From assembly GCA_944381155.1 (NCBI GenBank), contig CALWKA010000004.1, positions 246 through 64,245 on the forward strand: DNA of 64,000 bases, written 5' to 3'. The notes under the pieces are model-generated. The model saw only the letters and a program-made list of their open reading frames with translations. It was not told the origin of the DNA and made no database searches. Made by a program: the position numbers and the translations under genes. This document shows positions 40,452 to 51,800 of the stretch, in pieces; position 1 is the first letter of the stretch, and each line of letters opens with the position of its first letter. Origin of the DNA: an uncultured Clostridia bacterium. Lineage in GTDB: Bacteria > Bacillota > Clostridia > Christensenellales > UBA1242.

Positions 40452-43274
40452 CTATTTATTCAACATTTTCTTTAAATATGTGCCGGTATAACTTGATTTC
40501 ACTTTTGCAACTTCTTCAGGCGTACCAGTCGCTACTATTTTCCCGCCACCTTCTCCGCCTTCTGGTCCCATATCTATGATATAATCGGCTGTCTTGACTA
40601 TGTCCAAATTGTGCTCTATCACCACGACTGTATTTCCGTTGCCAACCAATCTTTGCAATATGTCAACCAATCTTTTCACATCGTATGAATGCAATCCTGT
40701 GGTAGGTTCGTCCAAAATGTAGACTGTGTTTCCTGTGTCGCGTTTTGTTAGTTCGGTTGCCAATTTCAATCTTTGCGCTTCCCCACCAGACAATGTGGTT
40801 GCACTTTGCCCCAATTTTATATACCCTAATCCGACATCAACCAATGTCTGCAATTTGCTTTTTATTTGAGGAAGTGCATCGAAAAATTCGTACGCTTCAT
40901 CAATTGTCATTTCTAGCACATCATAAATAGATTTTCCTTTGTATAGCACATCCAAAACTTCGCGCGAATATCGTTTTCCGCCACACACTTCGCACGGCAC
41001 AAAAACATCCGGCATAAAGTACATTCTCAATCGCTTTACTCCATCACCTGAACAGGCTTCACATCGCCCACCTTCCACATTGAAACTAAATTTCCCCAGG
41101 TCAAAACCTTTTTCTTTTGCTTGTGGAGTGGACGCAAAAAGTTCCCTAATTTTTGTGAACACTCCCGAATAAGTGGCAGGATTGCTTCTAGGCGTACGAC
41201 CAATAGGCGTCTGATCAATTTGTATTACTTTATCTATTCCTTCAATGCCTAAAATATCCATTAAATTTTTATCTTGATCGCGCCTGTTGAGTTTGTTGAA
41301 CAACGCTTGATAAAAAATGTCATTGACTAGCGTAGATTTTCCGCTACCGCTCACCCCTGTTATACAAGTGAGCACCCCGCGCGGAATAGCGACATCTAAA
41401 TCTTCAATATTGTGTTCCCTACAGCCAAGCAATCTAATGAATCCTTTGTCTGTGCTTCGTCTTTTTTCAGGAACTTCTATCTTCATTTCACCCGACAAAA
41501 ATTTACCTGTGATAGATCGTGAATTATCGATAAGGTCCTGCACGCTTCCATATGCCACCACTTCACCACCATTAGTGCCTGCAAATGGCCCAATATCTAC
41601 TAGATAATCTGCCTGCCTAATCGTATCTTCGTCGTGCTCTACCACAATAAGCGTGTTGCCCAAATCGCGTAAATTTTTCAGAGTGTCAATCAATCGATCG
41701 TTATCTCGCTGATGCAATCCAATGCTTGGTTCGTCCAATATATACAGCACTCCGCTCAATCCGCTTCCAATCTGTGTGGCCAAACGAATACGCTGTGACT
41801 CTCCGCCCGAAAGCGTGCCTGCACGCCTAGACAAAGTCAAATATGTCAATCCAACATTTATAAGAAATGAGAGTCTAGCGCTGATCTCTTTGATAATGCT
41901 TTCTGCAATCATTTGATCAGTTTTGCTCAATTCCAACGAAGTGATGAATCTATATAATTTTGTTATAGACATATCGCACAATTCTGCAATATTTTTTTGG
42001 TTTATTTTGATTGATAATGCGCTCGGATTTAGCCTTTTGCCTAAACATTCAGGGCAAGTATCTTCACTCATCAATTTATATATTTCTTCCTTGACATACT
42101 CACTCTGCGATTCTTGGAATCTTCTCAAAAGGTCAGGAATAATTCCCATAAACAAAGCATCTTTTTGTGTGCAATATTGATGCAAATTAGGTGCGATTGC
42201 TTCTTTGTCACCACTTTCACCATTTATCAGCACATTCCTAGCCTCTTTAGGAATTTTATAATATGGCATATCCAATGTGAAATTGTATTTTTTGCCCAAT
42301 TTTTGCAATGCGCGTTTCGTCATTCCTGTGGTGTCAATATTAAATCCCATCACTGCCAATGCACCTTCGTTTATTGACAGTCTATCATTTTTAACTATAG
42401 AACTTTCGCCAATTTTGATCACATACCCCAACCCGCCACATTTTGGACAAGCTCCTGCGTGATTGTTGAAACTAAATAGCGTAGGTTCAATGTCTGGAAT
42501 GGAAATTCCGCAGTCTACACAACTATATTTTACGCTATATAATTTATCTTCGCCATCGTCATTGATGACCGCCAATCCATCCGCCATCTGCAAACATTTC
42601 TCAACAGATTCAGTAAGACGCGAGATTATCCCGTCTTTTTTCACCAATCTATCTACAACGACATAAATATCGTGGCGTTTGTTTTTGTCCAGGACAATAG
42701 AATCATCTAGTGAATATATTTGCTTGTCTACCATAACGCGCACAAATCCGTCTTTTCGCAATCCGTCCAGCGTCTTTTCGTGACTGCCTTTTTGCGCTCT
42801 GATTATCGGTGCCATCACAAGCAATTTGCTCCCGTCTTCTGCTTCCAAGATTCTATCCACTATCTGATCAATTGTTTGAACGCTGATCGGTTTGCCACAT
42901 TTTGGGCAATATGGTTTGCCAATTCGTGCAAACAAAAGTCTCAAATAATCATATATTTCCGTGATGGTTCCCACAGTTGAACGCGGATTGTTGTTTGTGC
43001 TCTTTTGATCAATCGAGATTGTGGGGCTCAATCCGTCTATGCTCTCCACATCGGGCTTGTTCATCTGACCTAAAAACTGCCTAGCATAACTAGACAAACT
43101 TTCCATATATCGTCTTTGTCCTTCAGCAAAGATTGTGTCAAATGCGAGAGTAGATTTCCCGCACCCGCTCACTCCACAAAAAACTACCAATTTATTTTTA
43201 GGAATAATGACATCTACATTTTTTAGATTGTTTTCTTTTGCACCTTTTACAACTATATTTTCTAACATATCCAC
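40452..43274 (-). CDS. uvrA: excinuclease ABC subunit A
   Basis: GVSGCGKST and GVSGSGKST Walker A motifs, LSGGESQRI and LSGGEAQRL, zinc fingers. Confidence 0.99.
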   Translation of the reverse strand: MDMLENIVVKGAKENNLKNVDVIIPKNKLVVFCGVSGCGKSTLAFDTIFAEGQRRYMESLSSYARQFLGQMNKPDVESIDGLSPTISIDQKSTNNNPRSTVGTITEIYDYLRLLFARIGKPYCPKCGKPISVQTIDQIVDRILEAEDGSKLLVMAPIIRAQKGSHEKTLDGLRKDGFVRVMVDKQIYSLDDSIVLDKNKRHDIYVVVDRLVKKDGIISRLTESVEKCLQMADGLAVINDDGEDKLYSVKYSCVDCGISIPDIEPTLFSFNNHAGACPKCGGLGYVIKIGESSIVKNDRLSINEGALAVMGFNIDTTGMTKRALQKLGKKYNFTLDMPYYKIPKEARNVLINGESGDKEAIAPNLHQYCTQKDALFMGIIPDLLRRFQESQSEYVKEEIYKLMSEDTCPECLGKRLNPSALSIKINQKNIAELCDMSITKLYRFITSLELSKTDQMIAESIIKEISARLSFLINVGLTYLTLSRRAGTLSGGESQRIRLATQIGSGLSGVLYILDEPSIGLHQRDNDRLIDTLKNLRDLGNTLIVVEHDEDTIRQADYLVDIGPFAGTNGGEVVAYGSVQDLIDNSRSITGKFLSGEMKIEVPEKRRSTDKGFIRLLGCREHNIEDLDVAIPRGVLTCITGVSGSGKSTLVNDIFYQALFNKLNRRDQDKNLMDILGIEGIDKVIQIDQTPIGRTPRSNPATYSGVFTKIRELFASTPQAKEKGFDLGKFSFNVEGGRCEACSGDGVKRLRMYFMPDVFVPCEVCGGKRYSREVLDVLYKGKSIYDVLEMTIDEAYEFFDALPQIKSKLQTLVDVGLGYIKLGQSATTLSGGEAQRLKLATELTKRDTGNTVYILDEPTTGLHSYDVKRLVDILQRLVGNGNTVVVIEHNLDIVKTADYIIDMGPEGGEGGGKIVATGTPEEVAKVKSSYTGTYLKKMLNK

Positions 43275-43305
43275 CTTCTAATTTTTCTCAATTAAAACAT
43301 TTAAT

Positions 43306-43334
43306 ATTATACCACAATTATCGTCAATTTTCAA
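43306..43334 (-). promoter_or_regulatory. sigma-A promoter of uvrA
   Basis: TTGAAA-17-TATAAT with extended TG; no GAAC-N4-GTTC box seen. Confidence 0.7.
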
Positions 43335-43502
43335 GTGGAATTTTCTACTAATTTATATCAAGTCTGAAAATGCAAGACAATTTCAAATTAATTATAACCA
43401 AATTTATAAAATAAAATGAATTTGATAAATTTATCTAATAAAAAAAATTTATTTTGCTATCAAAATTGATACAAATATCTAAATTTAATGCTATAAAATG
43501 CA

Positions 43503-43549
43503 AAAAGGGACTTTCAATTTTGTGTTTATCCAAAATTCAAGTCCCTTTT
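43503..43549 (-). terminator. intrinsic terminator
   Basis: AAAAGGGACTT...AAGTCCCTTTT inverted repeat after the 128-aa gene. Confidence 0.7.
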
Positions 43550-43582
43550 CGTTTATTATCTAACTAAAACTCCTATCTAGAA

Positions 43583-43969
43583 CTAATTTCTCCTTGGAAT
43601 TGTAATGATCAATACCAATGCCAAAATGCCGACGCCAATCGCTATATAATATCCCACTTGATTGAAAAATCCATTGCCAATATTATATAATGAATTGATG
43701 CTGATAACATCGTCTGCTTCTTCAAAATCTTCATCAATGCTCAACCAAACTTCGTTGCCTTTCAATTTATAATAATATTTAGTCGTGATGCCCAATTCGT
43801 TTTCTGCTGTGACAGTGCCATCCCAGTCAAAATTGTATGTTGCTTCTATCTTCGTATTTCCAATTTCTGTAGAGCGCACATATTCGCCAAATGGAAGAAT
43901 AAAACAAGGATAGCCATAACATACTACAACAAATGCCACACATAAAATCATAACAATTTTTCTCAACAT
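43583..43969 (-). CDS. hypothetical membrane protein (2 TM flanking a small beta domain)
   Basis: GGTGG SD; perfect TTGACA-17-TATAAT promoter at 44026-43998. Confidence 0.8.
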   Translation of the reverse strand: MLRKIVMILCVAFVVVCYGYPCFILPFGEYVRSTEIGNTKIEATYNFDWDGTVTAENELGITTKYYYKLKGNEVWLSIDEDFEEADDVISINSLYNIGNGFFNQVGYYIAIGVGILALVLIITIPRRN

Positions 43970-44134
43970 AATCTACCACCCTTTTATAAACATTTTAATT
44001 ATACACCATAATGAGCAAACTGTCAAGACATCTATGCTACAAAATGATTACAATATTATTCAATTTCAAGATTAAAAACTTATTGCTTGACAAAAATAAT
44101 AATAAAATTAAAATAATTGATAAAGGAGAATAAA

Positions 44135-45904
44135 ATGAAAAAACGAAATCAAATACCAGCAGAATACAAATGGGACTTGTCAAGTTATATACAAAATGAT
44201 GCAGAAATTGACGAAATTTTTAAAAAAATGGAAAAATTGACTAAAATTTTACCAAAATATAGCGGAAAATTGCAAAATCCCAATATTTTATACGAGCGCC
44301 TAAATAATTACAAAGACGATTTTATTGCCATAGCAAAATTGGCTCATTTCATATCACACAATTTAAACACAGATTCATCAAACACAAAGATGCTTTTATT
44401 AGATCAAAAATTTAACAATTTATATGGCCAAATGAGCGAAGCAAATTCGTATTTTGTTCCACAACTATACGAACTGCCCGAAGAATATTTAAAATCACTA
44501 TTAGCAAATAAAAAGTTTTCAAATTATGACAATTTAATCAAAGAAATAATAAAATTAAAGCCACATAAAATAGACGAGAAAACAAATGAATTGTTGTCTA
44601 AAATGAGTAATTTTTTAGGCAATAATGAGAACATTCACAGCATAATCGTAGACTCCGAAATCAAATTCGATGACGCTATGGACAAGACGGGAAAATTGAA
44701 AAAAGTAGACAACTCCACTTATCCAAAATATTTGCGCGGAAATGATGCAATCCTTCGAAAAAATGCGTTTGATTCACGAATGACCGCTTTTTCTAGACTG
44801 AACAAAACATTTTCAGAATTGTATCTAAAAGATATTGAATATGACAAATTTTTGTCTAAACTCACCAATTATTCGAATTTATTGGAAAGTGTTTTGCTAG
44901 AAGATGATATCCCAAAAGCAGTATTTGATAATATAATAAAATTTACAGAAAAATACATTCCATTATTGCAAGATTATTGCAAAACGCGTGCAAAAATATC
45001 AAAAAATAAAAAATTTGCATATTATGACCTTTTTGAAGACGCAAAAAACAACTCAAAAATTTCGCTTGAACAAGCAAAGGATATGATAACAAACGCCTTA
45101 AAGCCATTGGGAGAAGAATATCTAGCCAACTTAAATAGAAAGTTGAATGACAACTCTATTGATTATTTCCCTAATGAAAACAAAAATTCGGGCGCATACT
45201 GCTCACACTGTTATGGCGCGAAGACGGTCGTTTTGACAAATTATCTGTTCAATTATAATTCTGTATCAACTTTATGTCACGAACTAGGACATTGTATTAA
45301 TGCTGAATATTTTTTGCATTCTCAACCATACGAAAAGGCTGATATCACTATCTTTGCAGCTGAAATTGCAAGCACAACGAACGAAATATTGTTGAATCAA
45401 TATATGTTGAATCATTCAAAAGGCAAGGATAGGTCGTATTATCTTCACCATTTCCTAGATGATGTTAGGAGCACTATTTTTAGACAGATTATTTTCACAG
45501 AATTTGAATTGTACGCTCATCAAAAAATTGAAAACAATGAGCCTATAACTTATGAAGATCTAAACAATTGTTATCTAAATCTAAATAAAAAATTCTATGG
45601 AAAATCTTTGATTATTCCTGAAAAATTGCAGTACGAATGGATGTGTGTACCGCATTTCTACTCGCCTTACTATGTGTTCACTTATGCCACTGGATTAGTT
45701 ACAGCCATTGCAATAGTGGACAAAATATTGTCTGATAGCAATTTTTACAAATCTTATATCAACTTTTTAAAAAATGGCACAAACAGACCTGCTGTCGAAG
45801 TTTTGAAAGAAATTGGAATTGATCTAACTAGTGATCAACCATACGAAACGGCGTTTAATTTTATAAAAAAACAATTAGAATTATATAAATCGTTAAATAA
45901 ATAA
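44135..45904 (+). CDS. pepF: oligoendopeptidase F (M3B)
   Basis: KWDLS N-terminus, SGAYCS, HELGH, AEIASTTNE, HFYSPYYVFTYATG; AAGGAG SD before ATG 44135. Confidence 0.93.
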   Translation: MKKRNQIPAEYKWDLSSYIQNDAEIDEIFKKMEKLTKILPKYSGKLQNPNILYERLNNYKDDFIAIAKLAHFISHNLNTDSSNTKMLLLDQKFNNLYGQMSEANSYFVPQLYELPEEYLKSLLANKKFSNYDNLIKEIIKLKPHKIDEKTNELLSKMSNFLGNNENIHSIIVDSEIKFDDAMDKTGKLKKVDNSTYPKYLRGNDAILRKNAFDSRMTAFSRLNKTFSELYLKDIEYDKFLSKLTNYSNLLESVLLEDDIPKAVFDNIIKFTEKYIPLLQDYCKTRAKISKNKKFAYYDLFEDAKNNSKISLEQAKDMITNALKPLGEEYLANLNRKLNDNSIDYFPNENKNSGAYCSHCYGAKTVVLTNYLFNYNSVSTLCHELGHCINAEYFLHSQPYEKADITIFAAEIASTTNEILLNQYMLNHSKGKDRSYYLHHFLDDVRSTIFRQIIFTEFELYAHQKIENNEPITYEDLNNCYLNLNKKFYGKSLIIPEKLQYEWMCVPHFYSPYYVFTYATGLVTAIAIVDKILSDSNFYKSYINFLKNGTNRPAVEVLKEIGIDLTSDQPYETAFNFIKKQLELYKSLNK

Positions 45905-45954
45905 TTTAGAAAAGATTGCAAAAGATAATTATAAATGTTATAATAAAGGGTGAT

Positions 45955-46326
45955 ATGTTAGACAAAAAATCAATATCCGTATTAAAAGCAATGAATAAGT
46001 TGGCATTAGGTAGTGCGTACAAAGTGGTCACTACAGATGAAATTATGTCTATTCTTGCTCAAAAGGCACAATATGATAATGACAGTTTGAAAGATATAAT
46101 CAGTTTTTTGGAAAAACAAGAATATATCAATGTCAAATTCAGCGAAGACAATACTTATTGTTATTCAATCACTCCAAAAGGCAATATCTATTTGGAGCAA
46201 ACTGACGGAAAAACTAAATCTCATACCACTAAACAAAATAAATTTTTGCCATATTTGTTTGTGGCTGTTGCCTCATTTGTTGGCACAATACTGGCATTGA
46301 TTATTTTCTTCTTATTAACATTATAA
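45955..46326 (+). CDS. hypothetical protein, winged-helix-like domain and C-terminal TM
   Basis: AAGGGTG SD; L..IISFLEKQEYI.V...Y.ITPKG pattern; hydrophobic C-terminus. Confidence 0.75.
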   Translation: MLDKKSISVLKAMNKLALGSAYKVVTTDEIMSILAQKAQYDNDSLKDIISFLEKQEYINVKFSEDNTYCYSITPKGNIYLEQTDGKTKSHTTKQNKFLPYLFVAVASFVGTILALIIFFLLTL

Positions 46327-46341
46327 ACAAGGGAATCAAAA

Positions 46342-46698
46342 ATGTTAACATTCAAAGAAAAATATGTAATGGAATATGTTTATCAAAAATGTCAAGGCAA
46401 AAAATCTTGCCTTATTTCTCCGCGCGAAATTATTTCATTTGCAGCAGATAGATATGTCATTTATCCTGACGAATTGGAAAAAATAATGACAAATTTAAGT
46501 TATGACAACTACATTGAACTTTTCAAATCGGACAAAAAAGGTAGCCCTGTATTTTGTGTTTCTCTCAAGATAAAGGGAGAGGGATTCCATCGCGAACTCA
46601 CAAACAACAAACGCAATCTCCTATTATTGCTCGGGCGCACTTGCATACTGGCAGTGATAAGCGCATTGATAGGTGTGTTTATACGATTTATGTTCTAG
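46342..46698 (+). CDS. hypothetical protein, winged-helix-like domain and C-terminal TM
   Basis: AAGGGA SD; [15 protein letters not shown]...V.L..KG pattern; hydrophobic C-terminus. Confidence 0.75.
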   Translation: MLTFKEKYVMEYVYQKCQGKKSCLISPREIISFAADRYVIYPDELEKIMTNLSYDNYIELFKSDKKGSPVFCVSLKIKGEGFHRELTNNKRNLLLLLGRTCILAVISALIGVFIRFMF

Positions 46699-46705
46699 GA
46701 CGATT

Positions 46706-48664
46706 ATGGAATATCGAAATTTTGAATTAGTATCAAAATATAAGCCAACAGGTGATCAGCCTGAAGCAATTCAATCTCTAGTTGAAGGAATAAACGACGG
46801 ACTGCAAGCCCAAGTTTTGAAGGGCGTCACAGGTAGCGGAAAGACATTTACTATGGCAAATGTTATAGCACAAGTCAATCGCCCTACCCTTGTGCTTGCT
46901 CACAACAAGACTCTTGCGGCTCAACTTTGCAACGAGTTTAGAGAATTTTTCCCTAATAATAGAGTTGAATTTTTTGTGTCTTACTACGACTATTATCAGC
47001 CAGAAGCGTATATCGTTTCTAGTGATACATATATTGAAAAAGATATGAGCGTCAATGACGAGATAGACAAATTGCGCCACAGCGCCACAAGCAGTCTGCT
47101 TGAAAGGTCGGACACAATCGTAGTCGCTTCCGTCTCCTGTATCTATGGGTTGGGTGCGCCGAAAGAATATTATGATTTGCACATTTCGTTGCGTGCTGGC
47201 GACAAGATGACCAGAGAAGAATTGATATCTAGACTAATTAGCATTCAATACACGCGAAATGACATAGATTTTACTCGTTCTACCTTCCGCGCGCGTGGCG
47301 ATGTGGTGGATATCTTCCCCGCTGACAGCAGTGAACGCGCAATTAGGGTTGAATTTTTTGATGATGAAATTGAACAAATTAGCGAATTTGAAGCAGTCAC
47401 AGGTAAGGTTATAGACAAATTAAAGCACGCATCTATTTTCCCTGCTAGCCACTACGCTGTAGGAAGTGAACGCCTAAACAATGCGCTTGAACAAATAAAA
47501 TTGGACGCAAAAGAACGCGAAGAATATTTTACCAAAGAAGGAAAATATATAGAAGCGCAACGCATTCGCGAACGCACAAACTATGATATTGAAATGATGC
47601 AAGAAATGGGTTATTGCTCTGGCATCGAAAATTATTCGAGATATTTTGACGGCAGGAAACCGGGTGAACCGCCATATACATTATTAGATTATTTTCCTAA
47701 TGGATTTTTACTATTTGTGGACGAAAGTCATATTACCCTGCCACAAGTGCGCGGTATGTACAATGGAGATAGAGCAAGAAAAACAAGTCTAGTAGATTAT
47801 GGTTTTCGTTTGCCTAGTGCTTTTGACAACCGCCCACTAAATTTTGACGAATTCAATTCACGAATTGGTCAGACAATATATGTTTCTGCCACTCCTAATG
47901 AATATGAACTTTCTCTAGCAGGTCAGGTGGTGGAACAAGTCATCCGTCCTACATATCTATTAGATCCCGAAATTGAAGTGCGCCCGAGCCTTGGACAAGT
48001 TGATGATCTGGCGGACGAAATCAAGAAAAACATCGCCAAAAAAGGCAAAATATTGGTCACAACACTTACAAAAAAGATGGCAGAAGATTTATCATCATAT
48101 TTTGGGGAAAATGGTATAAGAGTCAAATATCTGCATAGTGATATTGATACTTTGGAACGCGTGAAAATTATCAATGAGTTGCGTGCGGACGAATTCGATG
48201 TTTTGATAGGTATCAACCTGCTTCGTGAAGGTCTTGATCTACCCGAAGTTAGTTTGGTGGCAATTCTAGATACGGACAAAGAAGGATTTTTGCGTAGCGC
48301 CACTTCGCTTATTCAGATTGTAGGTCGAGCAGCGCGCAATAGTGAAAGTAAAGTGATAATGTACGCAGATAGAATCACGGATAGTATGCGACAAGCAATA
48401 GATGAAACGAACAGACGCCGTGAAAAGCAGATGAAATACAATATAGAGCACAATGTCAAGCCTATGACTATCAAAAAGGATATAGTAGACACATTAAAAA
48501 TTAGAATGGACAAAGATGAAGAACAGATGTCTAAAACTGACATTTCTAAAAAAATCGAACAATTGAAAGGAATGATGAACACTGCTGCATCTCAACTTGA
48601 TTTTGAAACAGCTATCACACTCCGAGAAGAGATTGCAAAACTAAAAAGAAAACTGCGAAAATAA
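46706..48664 (+). CDS. uvrB: excinuclease ABC subunit B
   Basis: [38 protein letters not shown]-terminal UVR domain; ATG 46706. Confidence 0.99.
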   Translation: MEYRNFELVSKYKPTGDQPEAIQSLVEGINDGLQAQVLKGVTGSGKTFTMANVIAQVNRPTLVLAHNKTLAAQLCNEFREFFPNNRVEFFVSYYDYYQPEAYIVSSDTYIEKDMSVNDEIDKLRHSATSSLLERSDTIVVASVSCIYGLGAPKEYYDLHISLRAGDKMTREELISRLISIQYTRNDIDFTRSTFRARGDVVDIFPADSSERAIRVEFFDDEIEQISEFEAVTGKVIDKLKHASIFPASHYAVGSERLNNALEQIKLDAKEREEYFTKEGKYIEAQRIRERTNYDIEMMQEMGYCSGIENYSRYFDGRKPGEPPYTLLDYFPNGFLLFVDESHITLPQVRGMYNGDRARKTSLVDYGFRLPSAFDNRPLNFDEFNSRIGQTIYVSATPNEYELSLAGQVVEQVIRPTYLLDPEIEVRPSLGQVDDLADEIKKNIAKKGKILVTTLTKKMAEDLSSYFGENGIRVKYLHSDIDTLERVKIINELRADEFDVLIGINLLREGLDLPEVSLVAILDTDKEGFLRSATSLIQIVGRAARNSESKVIMYADRITDSMRQAIDETNRRREKQMKYNIEHNVKPMTIKKDIVDTLKIRMDKDEEQMSKTDISKKIEQLKGMMNTAASQLDFETAITLREEIAKLKRKLRK

Positions 48665-48780
48665 TATATAAATTAAAACACCAAAACATAAAATTATATT
48701 TAAACAATAAACTGTTGATCATAAAGACTGAAAAGCATACTACTGCTATCATAAATGTGAAAATGATAATAAACTAAATA

Positions 48781-48812
48781 AAAAAATCTCTTAATTGCTT
48801 AAGAGATTTTTT
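48781..48812. terminator. bidirectional intrinsic terminator
   Basis: AAAAAATCTCTTAA-ttgc-TTAAGAGATTTTTT. Confidence 0.85.
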
Positions 48813-48816
48813 CATA

Positions 48817-51800
48817 TTATTCAGCATCTTTATTAGTTTCGTCGTCTGATGATTCATTAGACTTCTTATCTTCAGAATCTTCTATGACAATTTCGTCGTC
48901 TTTTTCTTCACTCGCTGCTACTTTTTCGTCTGCGTTCTTTGAAGATTTAGTTGATTTTGAAGATTTTTCTGCTGAATCTTTTTTGCTTGATTTATTCTTT
49001 GAACTTCCACCCTTTTTACCTGTGAATGTGAAGAATAGAATTACACCTGCAAGAATTACTAGAGATACTATGATCAAAATAATTCCTAAATATGAATCAT
49101 TTTCTTCTTCTGGTTGTGTTTCACTGACTACATTAAATTCAATAGTCTTTGTGCCTACATTGTCATAGTTATCTTCAATCGTCAAAGTCAATTTACATTT
49201 TCCTGTACCAGATATGATATATTGTCCATCTTCTTCGCCGTCTGATACAATGTTTGAATCGCTAGTTAATTCTACAGTCAAAGAGTTCCAATTCGTGATA
49301 GTAGATTCGGTACCGCTATCATTTTTATCTTTGATTACCAAACCTGTATCATAAGAATAAATTCTGTTTCCGTTGCTAATAACTTCGATTACTAATGTTC
49401 TATCGCTCTTGTCTAGATTGATATTGTATTCAATTTGATTCGTTCCGTCGTATACGATTTCTTGTGACAACTCATTTTCATAATTCATACTGAAGGTTGG
49501 AGCAACATTATCCCCTACTTTAATATTGAATGTTTCAGAAATCGTGCCATAATCTGTCTTTGCTGTATAAGTTACTTTATATGTTCCGCGAGTATTTTCA
49601 TTCGTCTTGAATGTCCATACCATAGCATCTCCATTTTGAGTCTTGACAGCATTGCCTGCTTCTGGAACTAGTCCGTCTGGATCTTTGACAGACACTGTAA
49701 CTTCTGCCTTCAAATTGCCCTGACTAGCAGTCCAATCTGGCAATATAATTGTTTCATTTTGTTTTGCATATTCAGGAACATCAATATCAAAATCCCAATC
49801 TAATTCTGGCATAGTGATATTAACATTGTATACGCGTTCTATTGGCGTACCATCTTCAGTATATCTTGCTGTGAATGTGATAGTATAATTACCTTCACTA
49901 TTGAAGCGGTATTCCATATAGTTACCCGTTTTTTCATAACTTAAACTTTGACTACCTGTATCAACAGTAGGTGTGTCAAATATAGTTTGAGCATCATTTG
50001 TGATATCATCTCCGCTGGATGAGAACAAACTAGGGTCAAATGATATAGTGGCGCCAACTTCGGCAGTGATAGTGTTTCCACTGATGCTAACTTCTGAACC
50101 ATCTACATTTGTACCTTCCGCATTGACAGACATATAAGGATCAGACGAATCATTGACAACAAATGAGAAATACACAGTCGTCATATTGCCCGCATCGTCT
50201 GTAGCGGTATAAACAACATAATATGTGCCAACTTTGCTAGTAGTAATAGTGCCACCCGTGATAGTATCATCGCTCATTTGCTTTCCGTTTGGAGATAGGA
50301 ACTGCAAACCTGTGCCAACACTATCTGGAGTGCCAATATAATAATTTACATTCAAAGCAAGATATTTATCTTCTTCGTCTGTAAATTGAACTGTAGGAAG
50401 AGTAACTGTTTCAACTTGGTCAAATTCTAATGTTTGCAAAATATCTGTGCTATTCGTACTAAAATCGCCTGCGTTAATTATGCTATATTCAGGTGCATTA
50501 GTTTCGTCAGTAATTTTGATATTCAACACGCGAGTAGCAGTAGCAATGTTACCCTCGTCATTGAGCGCAATAGCAACTAAATTCAACACATTGCCATTAG
50601 TCTCTGAATTATAGTTTTCCAATTTGATATCAAAACTATTTTCATTGTCTGCATCCATTGTAGCTATACCAAATCCGCTATACAATTTTTGCATTTCTTC
50701 AATAAATTCTTTTGAATCTAGCACATTGCAAAGATTCTTTGAAACTTCTGAATCTGGATTGCTAGTAACCGTTCTAATAGCATTCAAAATGTCAGTATTC
50801 AAATCATTTTCTGAACTTTCAGAATAATAATAGAAAACTGCATTCTTTAAACGCGTATCAATTTCATCACTAGAAGTAATATTAACATTGATATTATCAT
50901 CAGAAGAAATTGTAGCATTGTTCTTTACATTATTAATTTGGATAGTAGGAGTTGAACTATTTTCCTTATCCTCGCCTTCTGCTGCTGTAGCATCTGCCAC
51001 TGTAGGTCGTGACAATACTGTGATTGTGTATCTAGTTGTGCCCGTTCTATAAACATAACTTTCTTGTTTTGAAATTGTATTTGCTAATACATAATAACCA
51101 ACGGTGTATTCACCAGCATAGTCAGAAATGTTTGAATCATCTTGAGAGAATTTGAATTCAACAGCCTTGCTAGGATCTCCAATATTATCATCTCCTGAAT
51201 AGTTGTAACCCTGATCGCCTTCGTTTACATCGGTTAATACTCCATCAACCATCTTCTTATTGTCTATATAAAACATTTCGTGAGTGCTCGTGTTTTGAAT
51301 ATAACGGATGAATGTAAAATCTTTATATTCGGTCACTTTATCTGTAGCATAGATTGCTGGGAGCCTCAATTCGCTGTATCCATATCTAGTTTTCAAATCA
51401 ACTGCATAATTTGTGTTGACATCGTCCACTAATTCGCCGTCATCATTCTCAACTTGAACAGGATTTTCGGTCAATTCGTCTATCTCATAATCGTATGCCA
51501 TATACACGCTAGGACGAGTGTTGTCTGTAACATTTCTTATTACTACGCTAATTGATTTCGTATTGCCATAGGCGTCAACTATGTTGTATGTCACTCTATA
51601 ATCGCCAACCATATCAGCATAACTATCAGCATTGAAGTCTTCTTTTGTGAAATTAAATTCAAAGGTGTTGTTTGTCAAAGTTTGTGTGATATTTTCATTG
51701 TTTCTCTTTGTGATAGTGATAGAAGTAACATTGTGATCTACATTTGAATTGTCTTCATAACTAACTGTAAGTTTTGGCAAAGTCACGCCTTTGTCACCCA

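Noticed and set aside
43275-43500. LexA (GAAC-N4-GTTC) box upstream of uvrA
   Set aside because: No match found by eye.
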